Origin: Alphaproteobacteria bacterium
Lineage (GTDB): Bacteria > Pseudomonadota > Alphaproteobacteria > SHVV01
Assembly: GCA_965261735.1 (NCBI GenBank)
Contig: OZ253470.1
Span: 1,408,001-1,472,000, forward strand
Direction: 5' to 3'
DNA: 64,000 bases
The translations under genes and the position numbers were made by a program. This document shows, one piece after another, positions 32,758 through 42,088 of the stretch (positions within the stretch are counted from its first letter, which is position 1; the number at the start of each line of letters is the position of its first letter). The notes under the pieces were generated by a model, which did not search any database, was not told where the DNA came from, and saw only the letters and a program-made list of their open reading frames with translations.

Positions 32758-33648
32758 TCACCACGCCAGTGCCCGCAGCGCCGCCATGGGAGTGACGCCG
32801 GCGGCCGCGCACAGCCGGGCGAGGCGGCGCGGCTCGGGCACCTCGCCAGGGGCCACGCCGAGCTCGTCGGCGTGAATGCCGCCGGTGACCAATACGGCGT
32901 CGAGGCCTGCGGCGCCGGCGCCGGCCATGTCCGTATGCAGGCTGTCGCCGACGGCCAGAACGCGGCGGCGTTCGATGCCGGGGTAGCGGGCGAGGCAGGC
33001 CGCATAGGCCGCGGCGTGGGGTTTGCCATGATAGGCGGTGGGGCCACCCATGGCCTCGTAGGCCTCGGCCAGCGCGCCCGCGCAGGGCACGCGGCGCACA
33101 CCCCGCGTTACCGCGAGATCGGGATTGGCGCAGATCATCGGCAGTCGGCGCGCGAGCGCCGCCCGCAGCATCTCGCCGTAGTCGCCGACGTTCTCGTGAT
33201 CGTCGTCGAACAGTCCGGTATTGAGGATGAAGTCCGAGTCCTCGAGCGTGTCTACGGCGCGGTAGTCGAGGCCGCTGACGATCCCCCAATCGCGCGCCGG
33301 CCCGAGGTGGTAGTAGGCGCGCCCGAGGCCGCCGTGCCACGCATCCTCGCGCGCCGCCAAGGCGCGCCGCGTCAGATCGCCCGAGGTGACGATGGCATCG
33401 TAGGCGCCGCGGCGGATGCCGAGCGCCGAGATGCGATGAATGACACGCTTGGAGCGGCGCGGTGCGTTCGACAGCAGGACGAGCTTCATGCCGGACGCGC
33501 GCATGCGGGCCATGCAGTCGAGCGCGCCGGGATAGGGGGCCAGCCCGTCGTGGATGACCCCCCACAGGTCGAGGATGGCGAGGTCGTAGGGGCCGGCCAG
33601 GGCACGCATGCCGCCGAGCATCGTAATGGCGGCGAGGGTCCTCGCCAT
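32758..33648 (-). CDS. HAD-IIA family hydrolase (TIGR01459-like)
   Basis: DLWGVIHDG, LSNAPR, CANPD, GKPH, GDSLHTD. Confidence 0.92.
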   Translation of the reverse strand: MARTLAAITMLGGMRALAGPYDLAILDLWGVIHDGLAPYPGALDCMARMRASGMKLVLLSNAPRRSKRVIHRISALGIRRGAYDAIVTSGDLTRRALAAREDAWHGGLGRAYYHLGPARDWGIVSGLDYRAVDTLEDSDFILNTGLFDDDHENVGDYGEMLRAALARRLPMICANPDLAVTRGVRRVPCAGALAEAYEAMGGPTAYHGKPHAAAYAACLARYPGIERRRVLAVGDSLHTDMAGAGAAGLDAVLVTGGIHADELGVAPGEVPEPRRLARLCAAAGVTPMAALRALAW

Positions 33649-33723
33649 GGCGCCAAGCCCCTGCTGTGGTCCGCAACGCGCGCCGTTGTGCCACGTCGGC
33701 GCGACGATGGCAAAGCGCTGGCG

Positions 33724-34917
33724 CTAGTTGGCGGTCACCCGGCTCGGGCGCGGCGTGCCGAACAGGTAGCCCTGGCCGTAGCCGACGTCGCAATCGAGCA
33801 GATTGAGGAGCGTCTGCTCGCTCTCGATCTTGTCGGCGATCAGGTGCATATCGTTGCCTGCCATCGCCGCCTTGAGCTGGGCGACTTCGGCCACATCGAG
33901 TTCGAGTCCCGAAACCAGAGCTTCGGCCCCGATCTTGGCGAACTTGAAGCCGCGCTCGCTGAGGCGCGGAATATCGAGATCGAGGGAGGTGATGTGGTCG
34001 ACGGAGAAGGCGAAGCCGAGTCCGGTGAGGCGCGATAGGCAGGTGTCCAGTTCGGGCGCGAACGCCTCGGCGTAGGGAAACTCGAAGGTCAACGACCGGG
34101 CCAATTCCGCGTTGTGCTCGAGGAAGTCGGCGAGCTGCGGCAGGAAGGCCTCATCGCTCAAGCTCGCCGATGACAGGTTGCAGAAATAACCGACGTCGAG
34201 TTTGTCGCGCCTCATCCAGCGGATCAAGCGAACGCAGCGCAGGACCACGAGGTTGTCGAGCGACGAGGCGAGGCCCTGTTGACAGGCGAGCGGCAGGTAC
34301 TGGGACGGCATCACGAGCCCGCCCGACTCGTCCCGGATGCGGGTATAGGTCTCGTAAAACCGAACCTTGCGGCCGGGTAGGCTGACCACCGGCTGGACGT
34401 AGAGATCGAGGCGGTTCTCGCTGATGGCCCGCCCCATGATCTCGGCTATCTCGGTTTGCTCGCGCGCGGGCGACGACGGGGCCGGCACCAGCGAGGGTCC
34501 AGCCCGTATGACGGGCGCCTGTCGAGCGTTGGTAGGCTGTGCCGGCTGCCCGCCCAGCTTTTCGAGCATGCCGCCGAGGGCCCGCATTTCCATAATCATT
34601 TCGGCATTGCCGTTCGCCACCTCGCCCGTTTCAAGGGCGAGGTTGAGCTTGTTGATGCCGTGCTCGGCGAACGCGAGGCGGTGGCTCGTCTGGGAGCAAG
34701 CCTTGTTGACATTGTGAAGCGCCGCCATCAGCCGGTGTCGCTCGACCAAGCGCGCGAGCACCTCGTGGCTCAAGGCCGCCGCGAGAAAGATGATCGCGCC
34801 CGCGGCGTAGGCCAAATGGGGCGCGATCCCCGGGACCGCGCGCGGCAAGCTCGCGGCGATCGCCATGGCCGTTATCGCGTAAACAACCACACTCGCGCTG
34901 TGGCCCAACCGGAACAT
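33724..34917 (-). CDS. Membrane-anchored degenerate EAL-domain protein (TipF-like)
   Basis: Two N-terminal TM segments, coiled coil, LYVQPVVSLP. EAL motif reads ETY and the DDFG loop reads DHIT. Confidence 0.82.
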   Translation of the reverse strand: MFRLGHSASVVVYAITAMAIAASLPRAVPGIAPHLAYAAGAIIFLAAALSHEVLARLVERHRLMAALHNVNKACSQTSHRLAFAEHGINKLNLALETGEVANGNAEMIMEMRALGGMLEKLGGQPAQPTNARQAPVIRAGPSLVPAPSSPAREQTEIAEIMGRAISENRLDLYVQPVVSLPGRKVRFYETYTRIRDESGGLVMPSQYLPLACQQGLASSLDNLVVLRCVRLIRWMRRDKLDVGYFCNLSSASLSDEAFLPQLADFLEHNAELARSLTFEFPYAEAFAPELDTCLSRLTGLGFAFSVDHITSLDLDIPRLSERGFKFAKIGAEALVSGLELDVAEVAQLKAAMAGNDMHLIADKIESEQTLLNLLDCDVGYGQGYLFGTPRPSRVTAN

Positions 34918-34998
34918 GTGCGCGCTCCTTCCTGAAGCCGCCATTCGGTGGGCGCCACAGTGGCGCATAATCGTTGACGGATTGTTATCGCCGGCGGC

Positions 34999-36045
34999 CT
35001 AACGCAGGTCGGCGCCGACCGCGTCCGCGACGCGGGTGAAGCCGTCGGCCTTGAGGCGCGCGGCGAGGTCGGCCTTGATGCGGCCGATCAGCGCCGGGCC
35101 CTGAAAAACGAGGGCCGTGTAGAGCTGTACGAGCGAAGCACCGGCGCGGATCTTGGCGTAGGCGTCGCCCCCCGAGGCGATGCCGCCGGTGCCGACGAGG
35201 GTGATCCGCCCCCCGGCCAGCCGGTGGGCCTCGCGCAAGAGCGCGGTCGAGGGCTCCATCAGGGGCTTGCCGCTCAGTCCCCCGGCCTCGCCGCGATGGC
35301 GGCTCCGCAGGCCGTCGCGATAACCGGTACTGGTATTGCCGACGATGATCCCGTCGATGCCGCGCGCGATCGCGACCCCGACGATGTCCTCGAGCGCCGC
35401 GCCGTCGAGGTCAGGCGCGATCTTGACCAACAACGGTGCGTCCGGGGCTCGGGCGGCGCCGATGCGCGCGAGCAGGGCATCGAAGGCATCGCGCTCCTGG
35501 AGCGAGCGAAGGCCCGGGGTATTCGGCGAGGAAATGTTGACGACGAAATAGTCGGCGAGGCCACCCAGAGCGGTCAGCCCCGCCAGGTAGTCGCCGGGCA
35601 CGTCGGCGCTATCGGCATTGGCGCCGAGATTGACCCCGAGGAGGGCCGCACCGCGGTCGCGCCTGGCCAGCCGCGCGGCGACCGCCACCAGGCCCTCGTT
35701 GTTGAAGCCGAGGCGATTGATAATCGCTCGGTCTGCGCCGAGGCGAAACAGGCGCGGGCGCGGGTTGCCGGGCTGCGGCCGCGGCGTGACGCTGCCGACC
35801 TCGACGAAGCCGAAACCGAGCCCCGCCATCGCATCGGCGACCCTCGCGTCCTTGTCGAAGCCGGCGGCGAGTCCGACGGGGTTGCGAAAGTCACGCCCCC
35901 ACAGGCGGATCGCGAGCACCGAGTCGTCGACGCTGGTGCGGGCCGGCCGCGGCCCCCTCTCGAGTCCCCACACGGTGAGCCGATGCGCGGCCTCGGGATC
36001 GAGGAGCCGCAGGAGCGGCAGCGCTAGGCCGTAGAGTTGTTGCAC
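34999..36045 (-). CDS. pyrD: Quinone-dependent dihydroorotate dehydrogenase
   Basis: GLAAGFDKDA, QPGNPRPRLFRL, NISSPNTPGLR, GGLSGKP. Confidence 0.96.
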   Translation of the reverse strand: MQQLYGLALPLLRLLDPEAAHRLTVWGLERGPRPARTSVDDSVLAIRLWGRDFRNPVGLAAGFDKDARVADAMAGLGFGFVEVGSVTPRPQPGNPRPRLFRLGADRAIINRLGFNNEGLVAVAARLARRDRGAALLGVNLGANADSADVPGDYLAGLTALGGLADYFVVNISSPNTPGLRSLQERDAFDALLARIGAARAPDAPLLVKIAPDLDGAALEDIVGVAIARGIDGIIVGNTSTGYRDGLRSRHRGEAGGLSGKPLMEPSTALLREAHRLAGGRITLVGTGGIASGGDAYAKIRAGASLVQLYTALVFQGPALIGRIKADLAARLKADGFTRVADAVGADLR

Positions 36046-36129
36046 GCTTCCCGACACCCGCCGCTCGCGCGCGCCGCACGCCGCGTCCGCGCTCTCGACA
36101 ACATCGCCATCGCGGCCCATCCTTCCGTC

Positions 36130-37425
36130 ATGCGCCGTTGGCTGGCAACCCTGTTGTGCCTCGCGCTCCTCTGCGCGAGCGCCGAGGCACCGCTCGCGCG
36201 CCCTGCGGATGGGCCACCGCGCGCGGTGCTCGCGGCCGCGATCGACGTGGCGTGCGAGGAGCCGCCTGCCAGCCTGGAACGGATGGCGGCGCGGTTCGGC
36301 CCGGGTGCGCGCGCGATCGTCCATGAGGCCGTGCGCGCGGGTCGCGGCGACGAGGGCTGGCGCCGGAGCTTCACCCTGCCGGCCTACGGCCTCCTCGAAA
36401 TCACGCGCTACGCCCCGGGCGGCACGCTGCGCCATATCAGCATCGACTACGCGGCCCTGTCCGACGACGCCCTGCGGCCGACGATGATGGTGATCGCGGG
36501 CCCCGACTGCGCCATCGTCGAGGGCCGGCGCCTGCGCTACGATCGCGCAGGTTTAGCCGCCGCCGTCGAGATCCTCGATGCCAACCTCGAGCCGCGCGGC
36601 CGAACCGAGCCGCTCAACCCGCCGCTACCGCCGGTCACGGGGGGCGGGCCGCGAGCCGGCCCGGTCACGGTCGCGCTCGTCGATTCTGGCGTCAACTACC
36701 TGCTGCCCGGGATTGCCGCCGCTCTGGCGCGCGACGATCGCGGACGCGCCCTCGGCTATGACTACTGGGATCTCGATCCCCGGCCCTTTGACGGCGATAC
36801 GACTCGGTCGCCCTTCTTCCCCGAACGCCGCGGCACCCGGGTCGCCAGCCTGCTGCTGCGCGAGGCGCCCGAGATCCGCCTCATTCCCTATCGCTTTCCG
36901 CGCCCCGAGCCGCGCCGCATGGGCGATCTCCTGGCCGATGCGGCTGCCAATGGTGCCGACATTCTGTTGCTCACCTACGCCACCATGGACGCCGCGGCCT
37001 GGTTGCCGTTCGCGCGCGCAGCGGCGGCGCGGCCGGACCTCCTCGTGGTGGTGGCGGCCGGAAACGAGGGCCGCGACATCGATCGTGAGCCCGTTTACCC
37101 GGCCGCATTGGGGCTCGCCAATCTGGTCTCGGTGACGGCCACCGGCGGCGATGGCACTCCCCTGGCCGCCGCCAACTGGGGGCCGGCGAGTGTGCATCTG
37201 ATGGTGGCGGGCGAGAATGTGGCGGTGACCGATTTCACCGGTGAGCCAGCGCTCGCCTCGGGCACCGAGATTGCGGCGGCGCGGGTCGCCGCGCTGGCGG
37301 CGCGCCTGAAGTCGGCCCATCCGGGGTGGCAGGCGGCGGACCTTATGCGCGCGATGTTCGCGCGCGCGGAGCGCGCGCCCGCCCACGTGCGGCACGGGCT
37401 GATCGCCGACCCAACGGCCGATTGA
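36130..37425 (+). CDS. Exported S8 subtilase-fold protein with catalytic His and Ser replaced
   Basis: Signal peptide; VALVDSG, RRGTRVAS, AAGNEG, SGTEIAAARVA. Confidence 0.8.
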   Translation: MRRWLATLLCLALLCASAEAPLARPADGPPRAVLAAAIDVACEEPPASLERMAARFGPGARAIVHEAVRAGRGDEGWRRSFTLPAYGLLEITRYAPGGTLRHISIDYAALSDDALRPTMMVIAGPDCAIVEGRRLRYDRAGLAAAVEILDANLEPRGRTEPLNPPLPPVTGGGPRAGPVTVALVDSGVNYLLPGIAAALARDDRGRALGYDYWDLDPRPFDGDTTRSPFFPERRGTRVASLLLREAPEIRLIPYRFPRPEPRRMGDLLADAAANGADILLLTYATMDAAAWLPFARAAAARPDLLVVVAAGNEGRDIDREPVYPAALGLANLVSVTATGGDGTPLAAANWGPASVHLMVAGENVAVTDFTGEPALASGTEIAAARVAALAARLKSAHPGWQAADLMRAMFARAERAPAHVRHGLIADPTAD

Positions 37426-37481
37426 TCGACCACGCCCTACCCGAACGGTGCGCTCCACGTTTCGGCTAGAATGGATGCGTC

Positions 37482-40346
37482 ATGTCGAGCCAACCAACGA
37501 CCGCCGAGGCCGCCTCGCGCGATGATCCCGCGCTGCGGCTCCTCGACGTCGCCAGAGAACTTGCGGTCGAACTGCATCCGGATCGCGCGCCCGATCTGAT
37601 CGTCGGCCTCGACAGCCACCTCGACCGCGACCTCGGCCTCGATAGCCTAGGCCGCGCCGAGCTGATGCTGCGGCTCGAGCGCGCGTTCGCGATAGCGCTA
37701 CCCGAATCGCTGCTGTCCGATGCCGAGACTACGCGCGACCTGCTGACCGCCCTGCTCGAGACCGATCCGCGCGCGCGCCAGCGGCGCTGGAGCGAGACGC
37801 GTCCGCTCGCGCTCGGCCCCGCCACCGCCGCGCCCGCCGACGCGGCGACCCTCGTGGAAGTCCTGGACTGGCACATCGACCGCCATCCCGACCGTCCGCA
37901 TATCATTCTCGCCGAGGAGTCGGGTGCGGAGCTGACCATCAGCTACAACGAGCTCGGCGAGGGGGCGCGCGCACTAGCCAGAGGGTTGCGCCGGCATGGC
38001 GTCGAGCCGGGCGAGCGCGTCGCGATCATGCTGCCAACGGGCGCCGCCTTCTTCCGCACCTTCTTCGCCATCCTCTATGCCGGCGCCATCCCGGTACCCA
38101 TCTACCCGCCGATGAGCCTCGCGCGGATCGAGGACCACCTTCGGCGCCAGGCCGCGATCCTCAACAATGCCGGTGCCACGATCCTGATCACCGTGCCCGA
38201 GGGGCGCCGCCTCGCGGCACTCCTCAAGGCCCTGATCGGCAGCCTGCGCGCCGTCGAGACCGCCGACGACCTCGAGGCGCTCGCGCGCGTACCCGCGCCC
38301 GATGACGACTGGAGCGCCGCGCCCGGGGGACAGGATATCGCGCTCCTGCAGTACACCTCCGGCAGCACCGGCGATCCCAAGGGCGTCGTTCTCAGCCACG
38401 CCAACCTGCTCGCCAACATCCGTGCCATGGGCCGTGTGATGGACGTCGATTCGTCCGACGTCTTCATCAGCTGGTTGCCGCTCTATCACGACATGGGGTT
38501 GATCGGTGCCTGGCTCGGCAGCCTGTATTTCGCGGTACCGGTCGTGATTCTGTCGCCGCTCAGCTTTCTCGCGCGGCCGCACATCTGGTTGTGGGCAATC
38601 CACCGCCATCGCGGCACCCTCTCCGCCGCCCCCAACTTCGCCTTCGAGCTGTGCCTCAGCAAGATCGACGCGCACGACCTCGAAGGTCTCGACCTGGGCT
38701 CGCTCCGGCTGCTGGCCAACGGCGCCGAGCCGGTGAGCGTGGCCACCATCCGGCGCTTCTCCGAGCGCCTGGCCCCGTTCGGATTTCGTCCGCAGGCGAT
38801 GGCGCCGGTGTACGGTCTCGCCGAGTGCTCGGTCGGGCTCGCCTTTCCGCCCCCGGGGCGTGCCCCGCTCATCGATCGTATCGCGCGCGATGCCTTGAGC
38901 CGCGGCGGCGAGGCGGTCCCGGCGGCGGACAGCGAGGCCGCGATCGAGATCGTGGCCTGTGGCCGGCCGCTGCCCGGCCATCAGATCCGAATCGTCGACG
39001 CGACCGGGCGCGAGGTCGAGGAACGGCGCGAGGGACGCTTGCAGTTCCGCGGCCCCTCGACCACCGCCGGCTACTACCGTAGCGCCGAGAAGACCCGCGA
39101 GCTGTTCGACGGCGAGTGGCTGGAGAGCGGCGATCTCGCCTACGTCGCCGGCGGCGATATTTACCTCACCGGCCGCGTCAAGGACATCATCATCCGCGCC
39201 GGCCGCAACATCTACCCACACGAAGTGGAGCAGGCGGTGGGCGAGGTCGACGGGGTGCGCAAGGGGTCGGTCGCCGTCTTTGCCAGCCCCGAGCCGGGCT
39301 CGGCCGCGGAGCGCATCGTCGTCGTGGCGGAAACGCGCGAGATGGACGGTGACGCCCGCCGCGAGCTGCGCCAGCGGATCGACATCGTGGCGACCGACCT
39401 GCTGCAGGCGCCGGTGGACGAGATCGTGCTGGCGCCGCCGCGCTCGGTACCGAAGACCTCGAGCGGTAAGATTCGACGGACGGCCAGCCGCGACCTCTAT
39501 CGCGGCGGCCGTTTCGGCGCGGCGCCGCGGCCGTGGTGGTGGCAGCTAGCGCGGCTCGCGGGCGCCACCCTAGCCCCGTCCGGACGGCGCTGGCGGGGCA
39601 CGGCGGGCGCGGCCCTCTATGCCGCCTATTGGTGGGGCGTCGTCGGATTGGTCGGCGGCGTGACATGGCCCGTGGTCGTGGCGCTGCCGTCGCGCGCGGC
39701 CCGATGGTCGGTGGTGCGCGCCGTGGCCCGGATCGTGCTCCGGCTCACGGGCGCGCGCCTCAGTGTTTTCGGGCGCGACCACCTGGTGCCGGGCGGCGCG
39801 GTGCTCGTCGCCAATCACGCCAGCTACCTCGATGGCCTCGCCCTGATCGCGGTGCTGCCCGGCGAGACGGCGTTCGCCGTCAAGCACGAGCTCGCGGAGC
39901 GGTTCTTTGCCGGGCTATTCCTGCGCCGGCTCGGCGCTCTGTTCGTCGAGCGCTTCGACGTCGAGCGCGGCATCGCCGATACCGCGCACGCCTGTTCCGC
40001 GGCGGCGGCCGGCGCACGGCTGCTGTTCTTTCCCGAGGGCACGCTGACGCGCCGGCCCGGCCTCCTCGATTTTCGCCTCGGTGCCTTCCTGGTCGCGGCC
40101 GAGGCTGGCGTGCCGGTAGTGCCGGTAACGCTCCACGGAACGCGCTCGATCCTGCGCGGCAATCAATGGTTTCCGCGCCGCGGCACCGTCGCGGTCGAGG
40201 TTGCGCCGGCGGTCGCGCCCGAGGGGAACGACTTCGCCGCCGCGCTCCGATTACGCGACGCCGCCCGGGCGGCGATATTGTCGCGCTGCGGCGAGCCCGA
40301 TCTGGCCGGCGAGGGCGCGCCCGTCTTTGCGCCTCCGGCGGACTAA
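37482..40346 (+). CDS. ACP + fatty acyl-AMP ligase + PlsC-type acyltransferase fusion
   Basis: LGLDSL phosphopantetheine site; LQYTSGSTGDPKGV, WLPLYHDMGLIG, YGLAE, PKTSSGK; ANHASYLD, FFPEGT. Confidence 0.92.
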   Translation: MSSQPTTAEAASRDDPALRLLDVARELAVELHPDRAPDLIVGLDSHLDRDLGLDSLGRAELMLRLERAFAIALPESLLSDAETTRDLLTALLETDPRARQRRWSETRPLALGPATAAPADAATLVEVLDWHIDRHPDRPHIILAEESGAELTISYNELGEGARALARGLRRHGVEPGERVAIMLPTGAAFFRTFFAILYAGAIPVPIYPPMSLARIEDHLRRQAAILNNAGATILITVPEGRRLAALLKALIGSLRAVETADDLEALARVPAPDDDWSAAPGGQDIALLQYTSGSTGDPKGVVLSHANLLANIRAMGRVMDVDSSDVFISWLPLYHDMGLIGAWLGSLYFAVPVVILSPLSFLARPHIWLWAIHRHRGTLSAAPNFAFELCLSKIDAHDLEGLDLGSLRLLANGAEPVSVATIRRFSERLAPFGFRPQAMAPVYGLAECSVGLAFPPPGRAPLIDRIARDALSRGGEAVPAADSEAAIEIVACGRPLPGHQIRIVDATGREVEERREGRLQFRGPSTTAGYYRSAEKTRELFDGEWLESGDLAYVAGGDIYLTGRVKDIIIRAGRNIYPHEVEQAVGEVDGVRKGSVAVFASPEPGSAAERIVVVAETREMDGDARRELRQRIDIVATDLLQAPVDEIVLAPPRSVPKTSSGKIRRTASRDLYRGGRFGAAPRPWWWQLARLAGATLAPSGRRWRGTAGAALYAAYWWGVVGLVGGVTWPVVVALPSRAARWSVVRAVARIVLRLTGARLSVFGRDHLVPGGAVLVANHASYLDGLALIAVLPGETAFAVKHELAERFFAGLFLRRLGALFVERFDVERGIADTAHACSAAAAGARLLFFPEGTLTRRPGLLDFRLGAFLVAAEAGVPVVPVTLHGTRSILRGNQWFPRRGTVAVEVAPAVAPEGNDFAAALRLRDAARAAILSRCGEPDLAGEGAPVFAPPAD

Positions 40347-40366
40347 GTCCAGCGCTGTCGCGGGCC

Positions 40367-41989
40367 CTAAGGCGCGGTCTGGGTATCGAGCTGCGGCAGG
40401 GCTTCGCTGGCGGCGAGGTCCTCACCGGCAAGGACGCGTTGGATGAGGGCAACCGTTTCGCCGAGGCCGTAGAGCGCGATGAAAGAGCCCATGCGCGGGC
40501 CGGCGCTCTGCCCCAATAGCAGCTCGTAGAGCGCCCGGAACCAGTCGCGTAGCGCCGCAAAGCCGTGACGCTTGCCGACCTCGTAGACCTCGTACTGGAT
40601 CGCCTCGGCATCGGCACCCGCCGGTAGTGCCGACAGCATTGCCGCCAGATCTTCAAGCGCGGCGCGCTCATCGGGCGTTGGCGCTCGATAGCGCTTGGCC
40701 GGCTTCACGAAGTCGACGAAATAAGCGATCGCGTAGTGAACGAGGCTGTCGAGTATCGGATGGGTATCGGCCCTCGCCCCTGTCGCGTAGCGGCTGACAA
40801 ATCCCCACAGCACGCCCGGATCGTCGGTGTTGCATACGCTGGCGAGGTTGAGGAGGACGGCGAAGCTCAGGGGGACGCTCTCACCCGGCGGCGCCCCGCC
40901 GTGGACGTGCCACGCCGGGTTGTCGAGGCGCGCGGCCTCGTCCAGGCCGGGATAGGCGGCGAGCAGCCCGAGGTGCTCGTCGACGGCACGGGGAATGACG
41001 TCGAAGTAGAGCCGCTTGGCCTTGCGCGGCGCCTGATACATGAAAAGCGCGAGGCTCTCGGGTGAGGCGTAGCGCAGCCACTCGTCGACGGTGAGCCCGT
41101 TGCCGCGCGATTTCGAGATCTTCTCGCCCGCCTCGTCGAGGAAGAGCTCGTAGGTGAAGCCAGCCGGTGGCTTGCCGCCGAGGATGCGCGCGATGCGGCT
41201 CGACAGCCGGACCGAATCGATCAGGTCCTTGCCCGACATCTCATAGTCGACCTCGAGGGCGGTCCAGCGCATCGCCCAGTCGACCTTCCATTGCAGCTTA
41301 CAATGGCCGCCCGTGACCGGCACCTCGACCAGCTTGGCGTCCTCGTTGCGATAGGTGATGGTGGCGGCGTCCACGTCGCGCGCCACCACCGGTACCTGGA
41401 GGACGCGCCCGGTGCGCGGGCACAGCGGCAGGAACGGGCTGTAGGTCGCGCGCCGCTCGGGCCCGAGCGTCGGCCTCACCACGTCCATGATCGCGTCGTA
41501 GTGGTCGAGCACGGCGCAGAGCGTCGGATCGAACCGCCCCGACCGGTAACACTCGGTGGCGCTCAGGAACTCGTAGTCGAAGCCGAAGCGGTCGAGAAAG
41601 GCGCGCAGCCGCGCGTTCATGGTGTGGCCGTAGCTCTCGCTCTCGCCGAAGGGGTCGGGAATGGAGGTCAAGGGCTTACCGAGGTGCTGGGCCACGAGGT
41701 CGCGGTCGGGGATGTTGTCGGGCACGCCGCGCAGCCCATCCATGTCGTCGGAAAAGGCGAAGAGGCGGGTGGGCAGCGGCGATAGCACGGTGAAGGCGTG
41801 GCGCACCATGTTGGTGCGCACGACCTCGCCGAAGGTGCCGATGTGGGGCAGGCCCGAGGGGCCGTAGCCGGTTTCGAACAGCACGTAGCCCTTGGCCGGC
41901 GCGGCCTGGCCAATGCGCGACGCGAGCTCCCGGGCCTCGGCGAACGGCCACGCCTTGGCGCTGTGCGCGATCTCGTTTTCGCTCGGCAT
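40367..41989 (-). CDS. lysS: Class I lysine--tRNA ligase
   Basis: GPSGLPHIGT, KISKSRGN, GPRMGSF. Confidence 0.96.
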   Translation of the reverse strand: MPSENEIAHSAKAWPFAEARELASRIGQAAPAKGYVLFETGYGPSGLPHIGTFGEVVRTNMVRHAFTVLSPLPTRLFAFSDDMDGLRGVPDNIPDRDLVAQHLGKPLTSIPDPFGESESYGHTMNARLRAFLDRFGFDYEFLSATECYRSGRFDPTLCAVLDHYDAIMDVVRPTLGPERRATYSPFLPLCPRTGRVLQVPVVARDVDAATITYRNEDAKLVEVPVTGGHCKLQWKVDWAMRWTALEVDYEMSGKDLIDSVRLSSRIARILGGKPPAGFTYELFLDEAGEKISKSRGNGLTVDEWLRYASPESLALFMYQAPRKAKRLYFDVIPRAVDEHLGLLAAYPGLDEAARLDNPAWHVHGGAPPGESVPLSFAVLLNLASVCNTDDPGVLWGFVSRYATGARADTHPILDSLVHYAIAYFVDFVKPAKRYRAPTPDERAALEDLAAMLSALPAGADAEAIQYEVYEVGKRHGFAALRDWFRALYELLLGQSAGPRMGSFIALYGLGETVALIQRVLAGEDLAASEALPQLDTQTAP

Positions 41990-42088
41990 CCGGGGGCCTC
42001 ACCTGGTCGAGCGGCAAGGTGGCGTAAGCCCGCCGCAGCGTCAATGCTTCTCGGCCGCGGCCCTTGGGCGATCCCCTATACTGGACGC

